The notes beneath the pieces are model-generated. The model searched no databases and had not been told where the DNA came from. It was given only the letters and a program-made list of their open reading frames with translations. A program made the position numbers and the translations under genes. A stretch of 63,364 nucleotides of DNA, filler included, from Diploschistes diacapsis (Eukaryota), in NCBI GenBank assembly GCA_023645945.1. It is 21 parts of 21 records of this genome, joined end to end, with 100 filler letters (N's around TTAATTAATTAA, not from the genome) between each part and the next. Parts side by side here need not be neighbours in the genome. Positions count along the whole stretch, not along the records: positions 3,972 to 27,780 come from JALAIB010000253.1; positions 27,881 to 29,764 come from JALAIB010002530.1; positions 29,865 to 31,747 come from JALAIB010002531.1; positions 31,848 to 33,729 come from JALAIB010002532.1; positions 33,830 to 35,711 come from JALAIB010002533.1; 16 more parts are not named here. One strand, 5' to 3'. Of the stretch, positions 24,611 through 35,536 are shown one piece after another (the first letter of the stretch is position 1; each line of letters opens with the position of its first letter).

Positions 24611-26933
24611 ATGCCACCAACGAGCCGAGACCAGCTGCCAGAAGGAGGGGCTGCAAAGGATGCAGCGAGCCAGGACAAGACGCATCAGCCTACTACTCAG
24701 GAGATTGACTCCGGAAGTGGTAGCGAAAACGGAGAAAAACCTGTACGAGAGAAGCTGAAACAGACAGACCTCGATGAAGCGAGAGAGGGCGTGATAGACC
24801 CACAAAGGCACGCAGAGAGCTCTGAGGACTCTAAGGATAAAGCCCGACAGAAGTCTCCACGAAAGAGGTCTCTGGAAGAGGAAGATGAGCCTCATACACC
24901 AAGTGGAACGCACGTCAGGAAACGTTCTCGAGACGCTGAATATCGAAAACCAGAAGATTCCACTACACAAGTATCCACCGAAGGCATGAGGGAAGATAAC
25001 GGAGCAGCAGCCAAACAACATCTGCACTCGGACGCTATCGACACCCCAGCCTCATCAGAGAACGAGTATCCAGAGGCAACGGGTGCCGAGAAGCGGCCCA
25101 AAAAGAAGCGAAGCCTCGATGACATGGACATGTATTCTGATTCAGATAGAGAACGGAAGCTTGCAGCGACAGAAATGTCTCGAGCAAGGAGATCCTCTTC
25201 AGAGGGTCCAGATGAAAATCCGAATTACGAGCAATTTGCAGCGGAGCTGCGAGACCGAAAGAACGGAACGAAGGACACTGAGGAAGAGTGCACCCCAGGA
25301 GAAGTGAAGAGGGAAGCATTACAAGAAAATGCCATGGAAGATAGGACTGAGCCAGCACGGAAATCCAAAAAGAAACGTAGTCGAGACGCTCTTGATGAAC
25401 AACATGAGCGTGAGCAGAAGAAGTCGTCTTCGGCTCGGCAGCCACACATGACCGATACTTCTTCCGAACCCATAGGGGATCCAGTTCATGCTCCAAGAAT
25501 CCAAACCGATCTCACTGCATCCAGCGCACCGGAAAGCACCGCGAATGAGAAAGGAAGCGAGGAGAAGTCTCGAGCTCGCGCTCCAGTCGATACGGCTATC
25601 CCTCCGAGTAACGCTTCGAAGTCCGTGCTGGGTTCAACCAACGGCCTTGCGCAAGTACAGTCGTCGGCAAAAATGACGCTAGAGGACCTGCCGCAAACAT
25701 CTGCCAAGGCATTTGCAGCATCAGGGTTTGCGACGATGGCGGGCGCTACATCACCCTTTGGCTCGCTCGGAACGCAAGCTGCGTCAGCTTCATCGCCGTT
25801 CGGTACGCTGGGTGCTGGCTCAGAACCCAAATCGCCCCCTTCGGACGTTTTACCGCAAACTTCTTCGTCGGCATTCGCAACCTCGGGCTTCGGCTCAATG
25901 ACCGGGTCGACGTCCCCCTTCGGTGCTGTCGGTGGAAAGTCGGGGAGCAAAGGCTCTACCTTCGGTGTGTCGGGTGGAAATTCCCCAAATCCTACTTCCT
26001 TACTTGGTCCCATCGCGAGCCCGAACCCAAGGTCTACTTCACCCTTTGCCTCAGCTGGTGCTCAATCTGGCTTTAGCTCTCTTGGAAGCAATGCTGTTGG
26101 TGGTGGGTTTGGAGGTGGATTTGGAGGCGGTTCGAAACTAACAAGTTTTGCCGCACCTTTTGGTGATACGAATCTAGGAAGCACTGCCAAAGCAAAGCCA
26201 TTCGGTGCGCCAGCTGAAGACGAAGAGCAAGATGATGAAGAGGCAGATGACAGCGATGATGAAGGCGGGGATCGAGTACATGCTGAGGAGGATACTGCCG
26301 TTGGCGAAAGGCAGGGACACCACGACTCGAACATGACTCAGAACGACCAAAGCCGCAAGTACAAGATTAAAGAAGGTAAGTTCTACGGTTTCTTGCCATT
26401 ATCCATATCCTGCATTCCTCGTTGCTGACCATGGTGCTCTAGTCAACGAGACTGGCGAGGAAGGAGAAGAAAGTGTCTTTCAAGGTCGAGGCAGGCTCTA
26501 CCAATTTGTGGACGGGCAATGGGCTGAAAAAGGCACTGGTGTAATAAAGCTTAACATGGTCTTTGGCTCCATCCAAGGCGAAGCCGACGAAGAAGAAAAC
26601 GACGTTGAGAGTGGTGCCAATTCTGGGGAAATAGCAATGAAAATGCAAGCAGCCCGCTTGATCATGCGAACAGCTGCTACCCACAAGGTTATATTAAATG
26701 CCCGGATCTTTAAGGAGATGAGCATTGGGGATAGCGCCGGAACGGAGCCAAAGAGCAAAAGTCTAATGTTCTCAGTTCCAGTGGATGGCAAGCTGGTGCC
26801 ACACACATTGAAGGTCTGCCCGGCCCACTACTAGACAATACCCCCCTTAGGCTAACAGATATTCCAGATGGGCCAAGACAACGCAACGCAGGAACTTTAC
26901 AGGCATGTAAAGCAACTACAGGCCGAGATGTAA
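24611..26933 (+). CDS. Ran-binding domain protein with F-rich repeats (Yrb2/Nup2-like), 3 exons
   Basis: Basic NLS-like clusters, SPFG/GFG repeats; exon 2 from 26443 reads TGEEGEE..F.GRGRLY...W.EKG.G.IKLN...ARLIMR. Confidence 0.85.
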
Positions 26934-27129
26934 AGGCGCAGCCCTCGGATTTCGACCGCTACCGCACACTTAGCTCTCACCGTTCACACCGTCAACAGAC
27001 TTCGGTTCGAGAGCAAAAGGTATGGAGCTACCTATGATACGATTAACGAGAATCATGGTACACAATGGCCTTAGACAGAAATGGAGTGATAGACGTTTTT
27101 TGACGCATACCTGATGATACCACGACCAA

Positions 27130-27257
27130 GGGCTGGATGGGCTGTAGGTTGCAACCATCGTCCAAGTGCGGTTGACCGGGGCTGGATGGACTGCAGGTTG
27201 CGACCATCGCCCCATGAAGGTCACTCGGGGCTGGATGGATTGCAGATTGCAACCATT
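27130..27257 (+). repeat. 49-bp period tandem array (about 2.6 units) with conserved hairpin core
   Basis: GGGCTGGATGGRYTGYAGRTTGCRACCAT occurs three times. Confidence 0.85.
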
Positions 27258-27492
27258 TCTCAAGCGTGGTTATTAGGGCTGGTTCTACCTCGCTTCTCGA
27301 TCCAGCGTGAAGCACAGCATGAAGTGCAAAGTACATTTAGAACATAGTTGTTAATCAAAAATGCCTGCAAGAAATTCACGTGCTTTCTCCCTTTTTTGCA
27401 TGCTGTACAACAATTCACAAACCTATTAGCACAGATGGCATCCTTTGCCTTGAAATTCTCCTTCCCTTCCTCCATACCTGGGCTGGATCCCC

Positions 27493-27780
27493 TCAAAGGC
27501 CCCCCGCCGGCATCGCACCCTTCCCCATCTCCAAATCCTGTGCCTCCTTCCTCAACACCTCGGCCCTGAACCTCCTAAACGCGTCCTGGATCCGCCTGCG
27601 GCTCTCCGGATCTCTCGTTATGGTCCTGTTCGCGCTCGCACTGCCCGTCAGCAGGCCCAGCTCGCCGCCGAAAAACACGCCGCCGCCAGCGAAGAATGTG
27701 TAGGTCGCAACGTCCCCCAGCGTCGAAGGCCGGAGGAGGGGTGTTATATCCGGGATGGGCTCTGCGGGCAGGGGGTCAGA
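27493..27780 (-). CDS. 3' end of a hypothetical fungal membrane protein (5' part lost in gap)
   Basis: Open GC-rich frame from the gap: PIPDITPLLRPSTLGDVATYTFF.GGG.FFGGELG...RFRAEVLRKEA. Confidence 0.7.
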   Translation of the reverse strand, partial: SDPLPAEPIPDITPLLRPSTLGDVATYTFFAGGGVFFGGELGLLTGSASANRTITRDPESRRRIQDAFRRFRAEVLRKEAQDLEMGKGAMPAGGL

Positions 27781-27880
27781 NNNNNNNNNNNNNNNNNNNN
27801 NNNNNNNNNNNNNNNNNNNNNNNNTTAATTAATTAANNNNNNNNNNNNNNNNNNNNNNNNNNNNNNNNNNNNNNNNNNNN

Positions 27881-28530
27881 AATATACGTTTTATATTCCG
27901 TTTCGATTATCGAAAACGTAGTTTAAATTTCTAGATTCGTTATTTCTATAATTAAATCTTAAATTCTTTTTTATTTTAATAATCTCTCGCGTTTTTTTTT
28001 AAAATGGGAAATGCGTTCTCGATTAGATCGCGAAAGATCTACGTTTAATAAATATTCTTTTTCGATAATAGAATTTTAAGATTAATCTTTTTCGTCTAAT
28101 TTAAGAATTTCGACGACGACGCGTTTTCCTTCGACGATTTCTTTTCTTTACGAGATTTCTGCGGTTACTAACCGTGAAGACTCCGTTAATATCTCGTTAT
28201 ACATTAATAATTCCCGTCGGGATAAAACAACGGTATCCGTTAGATCTACGGTTATTACCGATCTTCTAATATCTCGAAATGCAATCGCGGCTTTTCGCTT
28301 TTCTTTCGTCATTCTACCGGACCACTGCTCTATTAAAAAAAGAAAAATTAAAATTATAAAAGATGAAATACAATAATATAATAATAATAATTATAGTATT
28401 TATAAACTAATTTCTAGAAAAAAAAAGAGGAAATCTCTTTATAAAAACTCCTTTTATGACCTACGGCCTTGGAGCGGCCTTGGCGCGGCGCTAGGACTGA
28501 ATTCCTCCGCTCGCCCGGAGGACTGTCACA
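27881..28530 (-). mobile_element. RIP-degenerate retroelement 5' region (putative LTR starting TGTGACA at 28530)
   Basis: Duplicate of 2193-2687 plus a TG terminus. Confidence 0.5.
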
Positions 28531-28556
28531 GCTATCTGTTACATATTTATACGAGT

Positions 28557-29295
28557 TTGTTTGGCAACGTAATGGATATATTGAAGTTTAGAGGTCTTAT
28601 CTTAGGAAGTAATCCTATTGTGCAGACTTTTATCTTCCAAGGTGCGCGCTAAGCTCTATTGCCCTTGCTACTCCCGAATCGGTTTAACCAGAATCCCAAT
28701 AGGTTCAGGGAAGTTCAGCTGAACTAAACTTCCAGGACTGAACCTTCCGGAATTGGGTCGAGCCTGAAGTTCAGTTCAGGTGAACTTACCGAGGTTTAAT
28801 TTAGTTTAGTTTAGTTGAACCTTTCAAAATCCGATAGAATCTTAACTAAATCGATCCGGTATAATAAAAATAATAAAACTTAATAAGTCTCGTAAAATAT
28901 AAAAGTTTATATAATAAAATTACTTTCTAAATAAGATCTTTAAATTCCAATATATTTATTACGTTACTTAACAGATTATAAGTTCGGGTTTTATATTTAC
29001 TCTACTTAACTACTTCGTATGATTATAAGTTATATTAAGAATAAATCTTTCCGATAATTAGAACGGTTACGAACGCGAGACCGAATACGTTGATTTTAAC
29101 AAGACTTAAATCGAAAAAAGCCGAAAACCTAGGATATAAATTTTAAAACCCTAAAATAAATAGATTTAAAAATAAAAGATATATTACTATAAAAGATCGC
29201 GGTACCTTAATACGCTAACATAAAATGTATTAAAATAAAAAATACTTAACTCACGGATTCATTATTTGTCAAATTAACGAAAAACTTCTGACCTC
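28557..29295. mobile_element. Two Copia (family C) LTRs back-to-back; the right one is followed by a degenerate PBS and gag start
   Basis: Left part is the reverse complement of the family C LTR; right part ends TTAACA then GATTATAAGTTCGGG (RIP form of GGTTATGAGCCCGG). Confidence 0.65.
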
Positions 29296-29712
29296 TGAAA
29301 CGCCAGCGCAGGAATGGGATACTACACTACCGGGGGCTGGGCCTGACCCGGAAGGATTACGTGTAGCTAGGCATCTATAGATAAAAGGTCTCGATTCGAA
29401 AAGCTGAAGAAGAAATTATTTAAATAAAAGAAGGGTATCGTTAAGTAGTATGAATGTTAGACCTATCGGGGTTCGGGAATTACTCGTTTATATAATTATT
29501 TTTTAATTTTATCGTGTTTTAATAAACATTTAAATATTGATTCTGCCGTATTTTAGCAAGTATTTAGATATTGAATTTATCGTGTTTTAATAAATACCTG
29601 GGTATTAACCCTGCCGTGTCTTAAACAAGCACCTGGGCATTGACCCTACCGTGGCTTGGCAAGCCCAGCTTGGCAGGCCCTGCTTAACAGGCCCCTGGGC
29701 TGGGCTGTCTCA
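29296..29712 (-). mobile_element. Gypsy 3' LTR (long family A variant) with internal about 32-bp tandem repeats
   Basis: TGAGACAG...GTTTCA termini preceded by PPT AAGGGGGTAG; copies at about 51916-52284 and 54453-54772. Confidence 0.8.
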
Positions 29713-30272
29713 CTACCCCCTTCTCCAGATGCTTGTGTCTCTTACAAGCGCGATGCTCTTTTTANNNNNNNNNNNNNNNNNNNNNNNNNNNNNNNNNNNN
29801 NNNNNNNNTTAATTAATTAANNNNNNNNNNNNNNNNNNNNNNNNNNNNNNNNNNNNNNNNNNNNCGCCGCCAAAAACTTTTCGTGATGAAATATTAAGAT
29901 AAATATTATATATTCATTATTTTTTTAATAAGTGTAAAGAATAGAATACGACAAAGTGACAAAATGGTTATCCATTGGGCATGATCGTACCGGGACTGAT
30001 TACTAAAGAAGAGGATAGAGTAGGAAAGGTAAAATCCCTTCTGAATATTAACAGGCCAAGACCCTGAACGCAATTTATATAGTTCTTAATAACATAAATA
30101 CGCTTTATTAATTTAACTTATAACTATTTTTCCATTTTGAACTTTATCTTTTAAAACTATATACTATTTCTTTTATCTTCTTTATACTATCTCTAACTTA
30201 TTTGTTCAATTATCTTTTTAATGTTTTAAATTTAAAATTTTTTACTTATCTAACCCTCTAATATCTAACGCT

Positions 30273-30356
30273 GGCGGCATGGTCGAATGGTGAAGACGAC
30301 TGCTAGATGACCATTTCAACGAGAGGTGGTGAGTTCGATGCCCATTGCTGCCACCA
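30273..30356 (+). pseudogene. Degenerate long-variable-arm tRNA (Leu/Ser type) ending in CCA; possible SINE head
   Basis: Acceptor stem GGCGGCA/TGCTGCC, A box TGGTCGAATGG, B box GAGTTCGATG; anticodon stem does not pair. Confidence 0.65.
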
Positions 30357-31206
30357 TCCGACTATTCTTCACTCCAGATTTAGTATCCTGGCCCTTACCT
30401 AGTAACTAGCTACTCTCGGCGCGTACGAACTGTAATCTTTTATACTAAAAACAATGTCATCGACTTGGGTTAGCATATCCGATAAATTGGTGCGGGGTAG
30501 TTATTACTGAGGTTTTCAATGATGTGTCGTAATATTTGAAGTTTTATTTGGGACAAATACTTTGCGTGTAGGCTGGTTCCTTCCGTAGTGGGAATTTTTT
30601 ACAGCCAATAGTTGTGTATAAAGTCTACTCGGATAATATAGCTTCAGGTACCACAGTCAATCATTCATCCTACGTTTAAGATTATATAATTAGTTTAATA
30701 CATATAATTAGCCCCTTAATTTATAAATCTATTAGGTTTTATTAATGCGTCAAATTAACGCCTTTCGTATAAGTCGCGTGCCAATGTTTTTTTATATCTG
30801 TATAAGTACTCTACAATTTATTATTATAATTAATCATAAATATGGATTCATTTTCTTATTAACGGCTATTATTTTTTGGAATTGAATTGTAATTTAATTC
30901 GCGAGCTGAAGCTGGGTTACCCTCATATCCTTTGTACATTAACATTTACCGTAAAACTCTCCTGGGCTTTAGAAGAAAACCACTACATATAATATAAACC
31001 CCCAAAGAAGATTTCAAGCGTTGTCACATAGTTAAGCCAAATTTAATTTCCTATATAACATTGCTCCCATCTATTACTAACTTTTTCTAACTTTTGCGAC
31101 CGTAACTGAAATTTTTTTATCGAATGCCGAGAATATTGAATATTAAAACGGTATTTAGCCGCTTTAGGATTGGGCCAGGTTACAAAGCCTGAAATAAAAA
31201 AATGCG

Positions 31207-31294
31207 AGGTGGCAACTGTGGGTATGAACCTACGACCTTTCGATGAAAATCGGAGGTCTTTCAGCAGTCATGTTCACCATCCGACCATGCTGTC
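31207..31294 (-). pseudogene. Second degenerate tRNA-like copy, inverted relative to 30273-30356
   Basis: GACAGCATGGTCGGATGGTGAAC...ATCGAAAGGTCGTAGGTTCATACCCACAGTTGCCACC. Confidence 0.6.
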
Positions 31295-31414
31295 CACCTT
31301 AAACAATATTGTTTAATATTTAAGATCAATATATCGAATATAAAGAATAATATTTTTTTCGTTTCGTACTTGAATACGAATCCGATAATAAATATTCTTT
31401 AAATCGATTTTTAT

Positions 31415-31590
31415 GTCACGAAAAGTTGTTGGCGGCAAAAGCAGCCGAAAACCTGTAAAGTGCACAAAACTAGCGAAACCGACGAAACCGGCAACAGATA
31501 ATATGTTTAAACAATTCGTCGCATTCGTGAAACTTTTTGAGCCATGGCTAAAACGAGCAAAACCGGCGAAGATAGCGAGGTCAATCAAAT
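31415..31590 (-). repeat. TTTCGCC-unit repeat family, inverted copy
   Basis: Reverse complement TGATTGACCTCGCTATCTTCGCCGGTTT matches 4279 onward. Confidence 0.65.
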
Positions 31591-31628
31591 GTCTACGTAA
31601 GCCATGATTACGTAATTAATAAAATATC

Positions 31629-31660
<32 letters not shown>

Positions 31661-31847
31661 TCCCATTGTCAGCTGAACCTACGCCCAACTTTAGGACCGA
31701 CGCTTTTTCGTGCGTGGCTGTCCAGTTGATCGATGTCGATACGGGGANNNNNNNNNNNNNNNNNNNNNNNNNNNNNNNNNNNNNNNNNNNNTTAATTAAT
31801 TAANNNNNNNNNNNNNNNNNNNNNNNNNNNNNNNNNNNNNNNNNNNN

Positions 31848-33729
31848 GTAATAACGTTATTGTTTAAAAGTTATTATAATGGTTAAAAGTTCTTCGTCGT
31901 GGGTCTCGTAATTTCTTTCCGTAGAGTTTATTTTCTTAAATTAGAACGTTATTAAATGCTATATTTTATTTAAATATAACTGCGACAGAACGGCGGCGAT
32001 TTTAAAGTTTAACGCGTCTATTTCGACCCGAATTCGTAAAACTAGGTCGAAATGTTTCAATATAGGGGCCTATACGAATTTTTTTTTTAAATTACGGAAT
32101 ACTTACTTCTCGCTGACGGTCTAATAAAGCTATCCTGTTTTTTTTGTTTTTTTTAAGAGTTCTATTAACGGATTAATAATTTTTAAATATCTTAAGATAA
32201 ACCTTCGATAAAAATTGTAAAATTCAAAAAAGACTTATATTTCTTTAAACGATTTAAATACCGGTTATTGGTTAATAATTCGCACGCGATTAATATTCAT
32301 TTCGATTCCTATAATAGAAAATAATATATTTTAAGAATTCCAGTCGTTTAATAAAAAAATTCGTATTTCTTGAAATTAACGAATAATTAGAATTTTCGGA
32401 GTTTATTAAAAATAAATCGAAAATATTCCGTATGTTTCTCGGTATTGTTCGAGAATATAAAAATGTCGTCCAAATATATTATATAAATAATAGTAATTAA
32501 TTCTATTAATATACGGTTAATATATATTTAAAAAATTATTAATGCGTTAACTAACCCGAATAATATTATTATATATTTAAAATAACCGTATCGAATACGA
32601 AACGTTGTTTTGTATTTATTTTTTCGTTTAATCCGAATTCTCTAATACGCGTTTTTCAGATCTAATTCTAAATAAATCTTAATTTTATTCCGACGATCGA
32701 GCGTTTCGCTGATAAAGGATAAAAGGTATTTATTTATTTTATTATTTTGTTCAAATCTCGGTAGTTTATACATAATCGTAAGAAACTATTTTCCTTAAAT
32801 ACGAATAAAATAAGAGCCTTTATTAAGTTAGTCGAAGGTTGAATCTAGTTATATAATAATGTATTATTTAGATATTCGCGGAGTTCTCGCAATTCGATCG
32901 CTGAAAAACTATATAATGGGCCGTAAGGTGACTTCGCGTTTACTTTAATTGTATGATCTTAAGGGCCGTTCGCTGATAATTCGTTAGCCAGTCGTTCGTT
33001 AAATATATCTTCGTATTCTATAATAGCCTTAAGAATTTTGATTAAGTTAACATTTCCTATACGAGCCGGCGGCGACTCGTTTACGGTATTCTTATCATCC
33101 GCTTCTTTAGGGGAAGATATTTAATGTTTTTCTCGATTAATATTTTTATAGCTGATGTTCGGGTTATACGTAAACCACGATTATTTTAGGTTACTTTACA
33201 GCGACTGTATAGCGAAACGGATTTTCTTTTCTTCACATTGGAAGTAATTAAAAGACAGCGTAAAGGAATTATTAGCGGTCTAAAACCATTCTTAATATTC
33301 TCGGACAGATTTTTCCTAATAATCTAGAAGTTTTTTAGGCTTAAGATAACGGTTCTTAACATCTTGATGATCTCCGTTCGCTCGTTTCTTACGAATTAAC
33401 GGCGTCGCGCTAATATCGGGATAAATGCTAACGTCGGAAAATTTCTCGTTAATTTTTAATCGTTTAACGTCGTTTTCGATGCGTTTCAGGCGTCTTTTAA
33501 ATTATAATAACTTCTTTTTTGCTTTTAATACTTTTATTCGTTCTTATAGTCGGATATTTTTTAATAGAATTTATTCTAGTTCTATAGGATTAAGAGCTTC
33601 TTCTTTCGGTATTATCTCGCTTATAAGTCGGTTATTAAAAACTTACGATTCGTTAAACTCGTTTTTTAATTCCTACCTATCCTATAATTATAGACGGGTA
33701 TTGCGCTTCGGTCGCGAACTATTTACCAT
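31848..33729 (-). mobile_element. RIP-degenerate Gypsy pol (RT)
   Basis: PYGPLYSF, LCINYRDLN, FRIRYGYFKY, YLDDI-like and FYNFYRRFI remnants. Confidence 0.85.
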
Positions 33730-33829
33730 NNNNNNNNNNNNNNNNNNNNNNNNNNNNNNNNNNNNNNNNNNNNTTAATTAATTAANNNNNNNNNNNNNNN
33801 NNNNNNNNNNNNNNNNNNNNNNNNNNNNN

Positions 33830-33895
33830 ATATGTAGGTGCGTGGCTGTGGCAGCAGGGGGACCTGAACCCCAGGGCGCACCTTTGGGCGTTACA
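33830..33895 (-). mobile_element. LTR family D fragment
   Basis: Reverse complement matches 44989-45057. Confidence 0.7.
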
Positions 33896-35536
33896 TAAAT
33901 TTTAACGGAAGTAAGAAATCCTTTAATATTTTTTTCTTTGATTTATAAGATTCTAGTAAAAAGATATGAAATATTAAATGACTTTTAGAATATCTTTACG
34001 GTAATAATAAGCGATACGTTTGTTTCCCGATAGTATTTAGCACGCGAAACGGTTTAATGTATCTATATAATAACTTTCTGCTAGGTCTCTTTTGTTATAA
34101 ATTTTTGGTTGAAAGCCACATTAAATCTCTTATATTGTAGATTTTTGGCTGTCGATTTTGATTGTAATATTTTTTCTGTTATTCTTGAGCAGCTATTAAA
34201 TTATTAGTTAATAGTTTTCTTGCTTTTCAATTTCTTTCAGCCGTTCCGTTACGGCTGGCACTTCCTTTTCCCTATATTCGTCTTCGAATATCTGTTGCAT
34301 CGTCGGCTCGTAGCTATATAATGCTTTGAAAGGGGTTATTTTTGTATTAGAATTCATGGAGGAATTATACGTAAATTCGGTTAAATGTAATAGTTCTGGC
34401 CAATCCTCTTAATCCGCACCGTAATATATTCGCAGATAATGCTCGATTGTTTGGTTCTAGCGTTCTGTTTATCTATCGGTTTAAAGATGGAAAGCTATAT
34501 TAAATCTATTTTTTATTTTCGTCTAGTAGCAGAAATCCGATCAAAAGGAACTTATAAATACTGTATTTCGATCTAAAACAATTCTTTTTGGGCCCCCGTA
34601 CCTAATATAGACTTCTCGCATAAAAGTTTCTACCAACTCGCTTAAACTTATTGTTTTAAAATATACTAGATACCGTATCATTTTAATATACTTATTGTTG
34701 AACTAAACCACTACGCCAAAAGATGCGCACCTCTTAGCAAGCAGCAGTTCATGTTTATATTCCGACACACCCCCGTAAACATGGCTCTGCGGCTTTTACT
34801 GTTTACCTGTGTTCTTTCCAGCCAGATCAAAATCTGCCGTGAGCGGGACTCGACCTCAGACCTCTGAACTAAACGGGTGGGGATGCAGCGCAGTGCGCTA
34901 CCCGGGCTCATAACCTGTTGAACTAAACCGCTAGACCAAAAGATGCGCACCCTTTAGCAAGCAGCAGTTCATGTTTATATTCCGACACTTATCCATTATT
35001 ACCAGTATTGAGTCCATAACGGCTCCGTTGCTTTTATTCGATAAAACTTCTATAATAAAATCTATTATAATTTCTTACCAAGGTCCTTAAGATACTAATA
35101 ATGACGTTAAATTATTATATAGTTTATATTTATACATCTTAACACTCTAATATATATCGCAGTTATTTACGTACTACTCGATAGCGGCACGTTACCTTTT
35201 TTAATAAAAATGCCTTTATAACAGTTTTAAGGTCCGTTCGGTACCGAAATATCCTACCAATTTATTATTATAATAAATATATAGAAGTTCTGCTCGTATA
35301 GATTTCTCTATCGAGATATAGATTTTATCTTTATATCGCAATAAACTTTTCTTATCGAATCTTTACGACGTATTACCGACGTCTCGTCGTCGGGTCGTTT
35401 ACTTTAAAAAACTTTATTTTTCTTTAACAAATTTATCCTCTCGTTATAAAGTAATAATTATATCTCGCAATTTCTCCGACGGCGATTTATATACCGTTTC
35501 GTTTATTATTACTTCCTAAATAACCAAAAGTAGGAC
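33896..35536 (-). mobile_element. RIP-degenerate Gypsy integrase region, interrupted by a TRIM
   Basis: GYFGTERT, PWxEIIIDF, IMDK/YIKM, AFHLxTDRQTERxNQTIEHYLRIY motifs. Confidence 0.85.
34696..34987 (-). mobile_element. Complete TRIM (miniature non-autonomous LTR retrotransposon), 292 bp
   Basis: 72-bp TG..CA direct repeats (34696-34767, 34916-34987), TSD CTTAT on both sides, PBS GGTTATGAGCCC, G-rich PPT. Confidence 0.9.

Noticed and set aside
27130..27257. CRISPR array
   Set aside because: Eukaryotic context, no cas genes, and only 19-bp spacers that are partly similar to each other; kept as a hairpin tandem repeat.
30560..30670. MIDCGT protease-like string on the minus strand
   Set aside because: Short motif flanked by stops; could be chance.
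30273..31294. Functional tRNA genes
   Set aside because: Anticodon stems do not pair and T arms are mismatched; anticodon cannot be assigned.
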